This document shows positions 61,685 to 64,000 of a stretch of 64,000 nucleotides of DNA, piece after piece. Made by a program: the position numbers and the translations under genes. Origin of the DNA: the human T2T-CHM13v2.0 reference genome, Homo sapiens; the NCBI RefSeq assembly GCF_009914755.1, contig NC_060947.1; one strand, 5' to 3'. The first letter of the stretch is position 1, and each line of letters begins with the position of its first letter. The notes beneath the pieces are model-generated. The model had not been told where the DNA came from, did not search any database, and was given only the letters and a program-made list of their open reading frames with translations.

Positions 61685-63324
61685 ACAACTCCATGATGTT
61701 GATAATAATTATTATGCCTGTTTTACAGATGGAGGTTTTTTTTTTACACCATTTGATGTTTTTAAAGGTGAAGGGACTTGTCAAAGTCTACCGTTATTAA
61801 ATGATAGAGACAAGATTTGAATTTAAGCAAGGGTTTCAGGGATGAGGATTTATGGCTAGAACTTTTAGTTATATGAATGAGGTATTCTTCAAGTTGAGAA
61901 GACACAGATGATACAAAGTTTGATGAATGATAATTGAGGATTTATTTTATGCATGAGTCTAACTAGAATAAATAGGTGACATATTTATCCTTCACATAGC
62001 CTCAGAAAAGAAAGAAATTCTTCCCTGCTGAGATTTTAGGAATGGATTTTTACATGTTTTCATATCATTAAGTAAATGTACAGTAAGACAAATGACCATG
62101 ACAAAGTGAGCAGTTTCTTAATTCAAAACTTGTTTTCTTTGACAACAATGCAAGTATACCCATGGAGGAGGTTTGGGCTTGTCCTCAGAGCTCAGCAAAA
62201 CACTTGGATTTAAAAGATACAAATATTTAGGTAGTGTGACCAATGAAACATCTTGGCAGCATGAGGGCACCCACTGGTGGGCAGGCCAACATTGTTTCCT
62301 GGATATATTGAAGATGAAGGTGTGCTATTAAAAATAAAAGAATGTAAGTGTTCTGGGCAAGGACTTCTCTCCTAGTGTGCCTTAAAGCTGTTGGGAGTTT
62401 TCTTCTGCACAGATGTGATCAGTATACCTTGAAATTTCTTTCTTCTGTAGATTTTCTGAAATTTTTCATGTTTAGTTTTAAAGAGTCTAAGAATACCGAG
62501 GAAGTCGAGTCCTCTCTGCATTCACTGTATGTAACTTTCCTCCCTTTTACTCACTTGGGAAGAGCTCAGGTTTATATGTGTGTCACCGTGACTTTGAGAG
62601 CTATCTGGAACGTAATATTTGCAAGTATTTCAGTAAGACACTCAATACTGTCTTTTGAGATTATCTCCCTCCTAACCTCCTTCAGTTTCCTGGAATTTAG
62701 ATCTAATAGCTGGAGCTCTAGCTGCCATCTAAGACCATGAGACAATCTTTATAGAAGAAGCCTGAGCTAAAGCACTTTCATCAAGGGTAGGTTTGGTAGC
62801 TTGGTGAAAGAGTGTATTGACATAAATTTTATAGGAATTGAAGTTTTACTGTACTAAGTATATAAGATATATTGTCACCAAATGTTATAAAATTAGGTGA
62901 TGTTTGTGACATGCCTTCTCAAGTCTCCTCAGTTTCTCATGAGAGATAAGCTTGGATTGTTAGCAAAAAATTTTTGCCAAGTCTCTTATACTCTCCAATG
63001 ATGTCACTCTAAGACTCTAAACAGTTTTTTGAGATTATATGTGACTCACCTACATTTTCTTTCTATGCTATGAATATCATCTTGATATACTGTTCACAGG
63101 TTACATAATAATAAATAGGTTTCAGACATGTTGTAATCGTGGAAAGGATAATAGCCTGGAGGCCCCCACAAGGTCCAGAGACTAAGCAGAACAGACGGTG
63201 CTAAGCTCTGCCATACTTGTTAAGGATGGTGAAGCAGAATGATAAAAGTGCAGAATTCTCATGACTCTGCTGAGCCATCACACCAGTCCTGGACTGCTCA
63301 ACTTAGGTTTTCTTTAGTGCGTGT

Positions 63325-64000
63325 ATATCTTATTCAAGGTAGGCTAACTGCTACAACAACCCTATTTGAGTGGTTTAACCCAATGGAAGTTTATTTTCAC
63401 TCATGCAAATGTCCAAATTAGGTGTTTGGGTTGAATGACTCTGCTGACAGATTCTTTGAAAGTGGCAACACAGGCGTCTGATTTTCTATTTTAAGACTCC
63501 ATTATCCTCTGAGTCTTAGAGTCCACTCCATTCAGATGAAAGTGGAGTATCCCTCTGGGAGGATTTTATCTCCCAGTCCGGAAGACAGCACACATCATTT
63601 TCACTCATAGCTCATTGGCGAACCTTGGTCACATGATGTGTCCAGCTGTAAAGAAGTCTGGGAAGGGTAGTTTATTTTAATTTTTGTGGGTACACAGGTA
63701 TATATATTTATGGAATACATGAGATGTTTTGATACGGCATGTAATACATAATAATCACATCATGGCAAATGGAGTATCCATCCCCTCAAGCATCTATCCT
63801 TTGTGTTACAAACAATCCAATTACATTAAGTTATTTTACAATGTAGAATTAAATTATTATTGACTATAGTTACTCTGTTGTGCTATCAAATACTAGGTCT
63901 TATTCATTCTATCTTTTTTGTACCATTAACCATCCCCACCTCTCCCCTCACCCTCCCACTATCTCTGGGAAGGGTAGTTTAACTGTGTGCCCAGGAGGAA
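63325..64000 (-). mobile_element. Old MLT1 LTR interrupted by an L1 fragment
   Basis: gctaactgctacaacaac ... gaagtttattttcactcatg ... gctcattggcgaaccttggtcacatg; resumes after the TSD at 63981. Confidence 0.6.
63674..63963 (-). mobile_element. L1MA2/3-type 3' end fragment
   Basis: tttttgtgggtac ... tttgtgttacaaacaatccaatta ... gtgctatcaaatactag. Perfect 17-bp TSD TCTGGGAAGGGTAGTTT at 63657-63673 and 63964-63980. Confidence 0.88.

Noticed and set aside
62348-62740. 130-aa plus-strand ORF
   Set aside because: GTG start, F/L/S-rich composition expected from T-rich DNA, and no recognisable domain.

Overview
Mammalian genomic DNA, almost certainly human or great ape, judged from the Alu, L1PA2/3, THE1, MLT and MER repeats. 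It is AT-rich and dominated by interspersed repeats. I cannot recognise any host protein-coding exon or name the locus. Nearly all short ORFs in the track are repeat-derived or chance. Main contents: (1) a CpG-rich region at about 5.3-6.7 kb, with a candidate minus-strand GC-box/TATA/Inr promoter and candidate non-coding exons on both strands; (2) a 5'-inverted L1PA2-type insertion with a short 3' transduction at 25.3-26.7 kb; (3) a 410-bp, ~97% identical direct duplication of non-repeat DNA (32.3 and 36.7 kb) with a perfectly identical 214-bp core, next to a small CpG- and motif-rich patch; (4) a full-length L1PA3-type element at 44.2-50.2 kb with intact ORF1, an extended ORF0 and a broken ORF2; (5) many Alus, solo LTRs, hAT transposons and old L1 fragments, often with readable target-site duplications (TSDs). 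I found no convincing evidence of a new biological system. The findings are structural oddities and testable hypotheses. Repeat subfamily names are from recall of consensus sequences and need RepeatMasker/Dfam confirmation.
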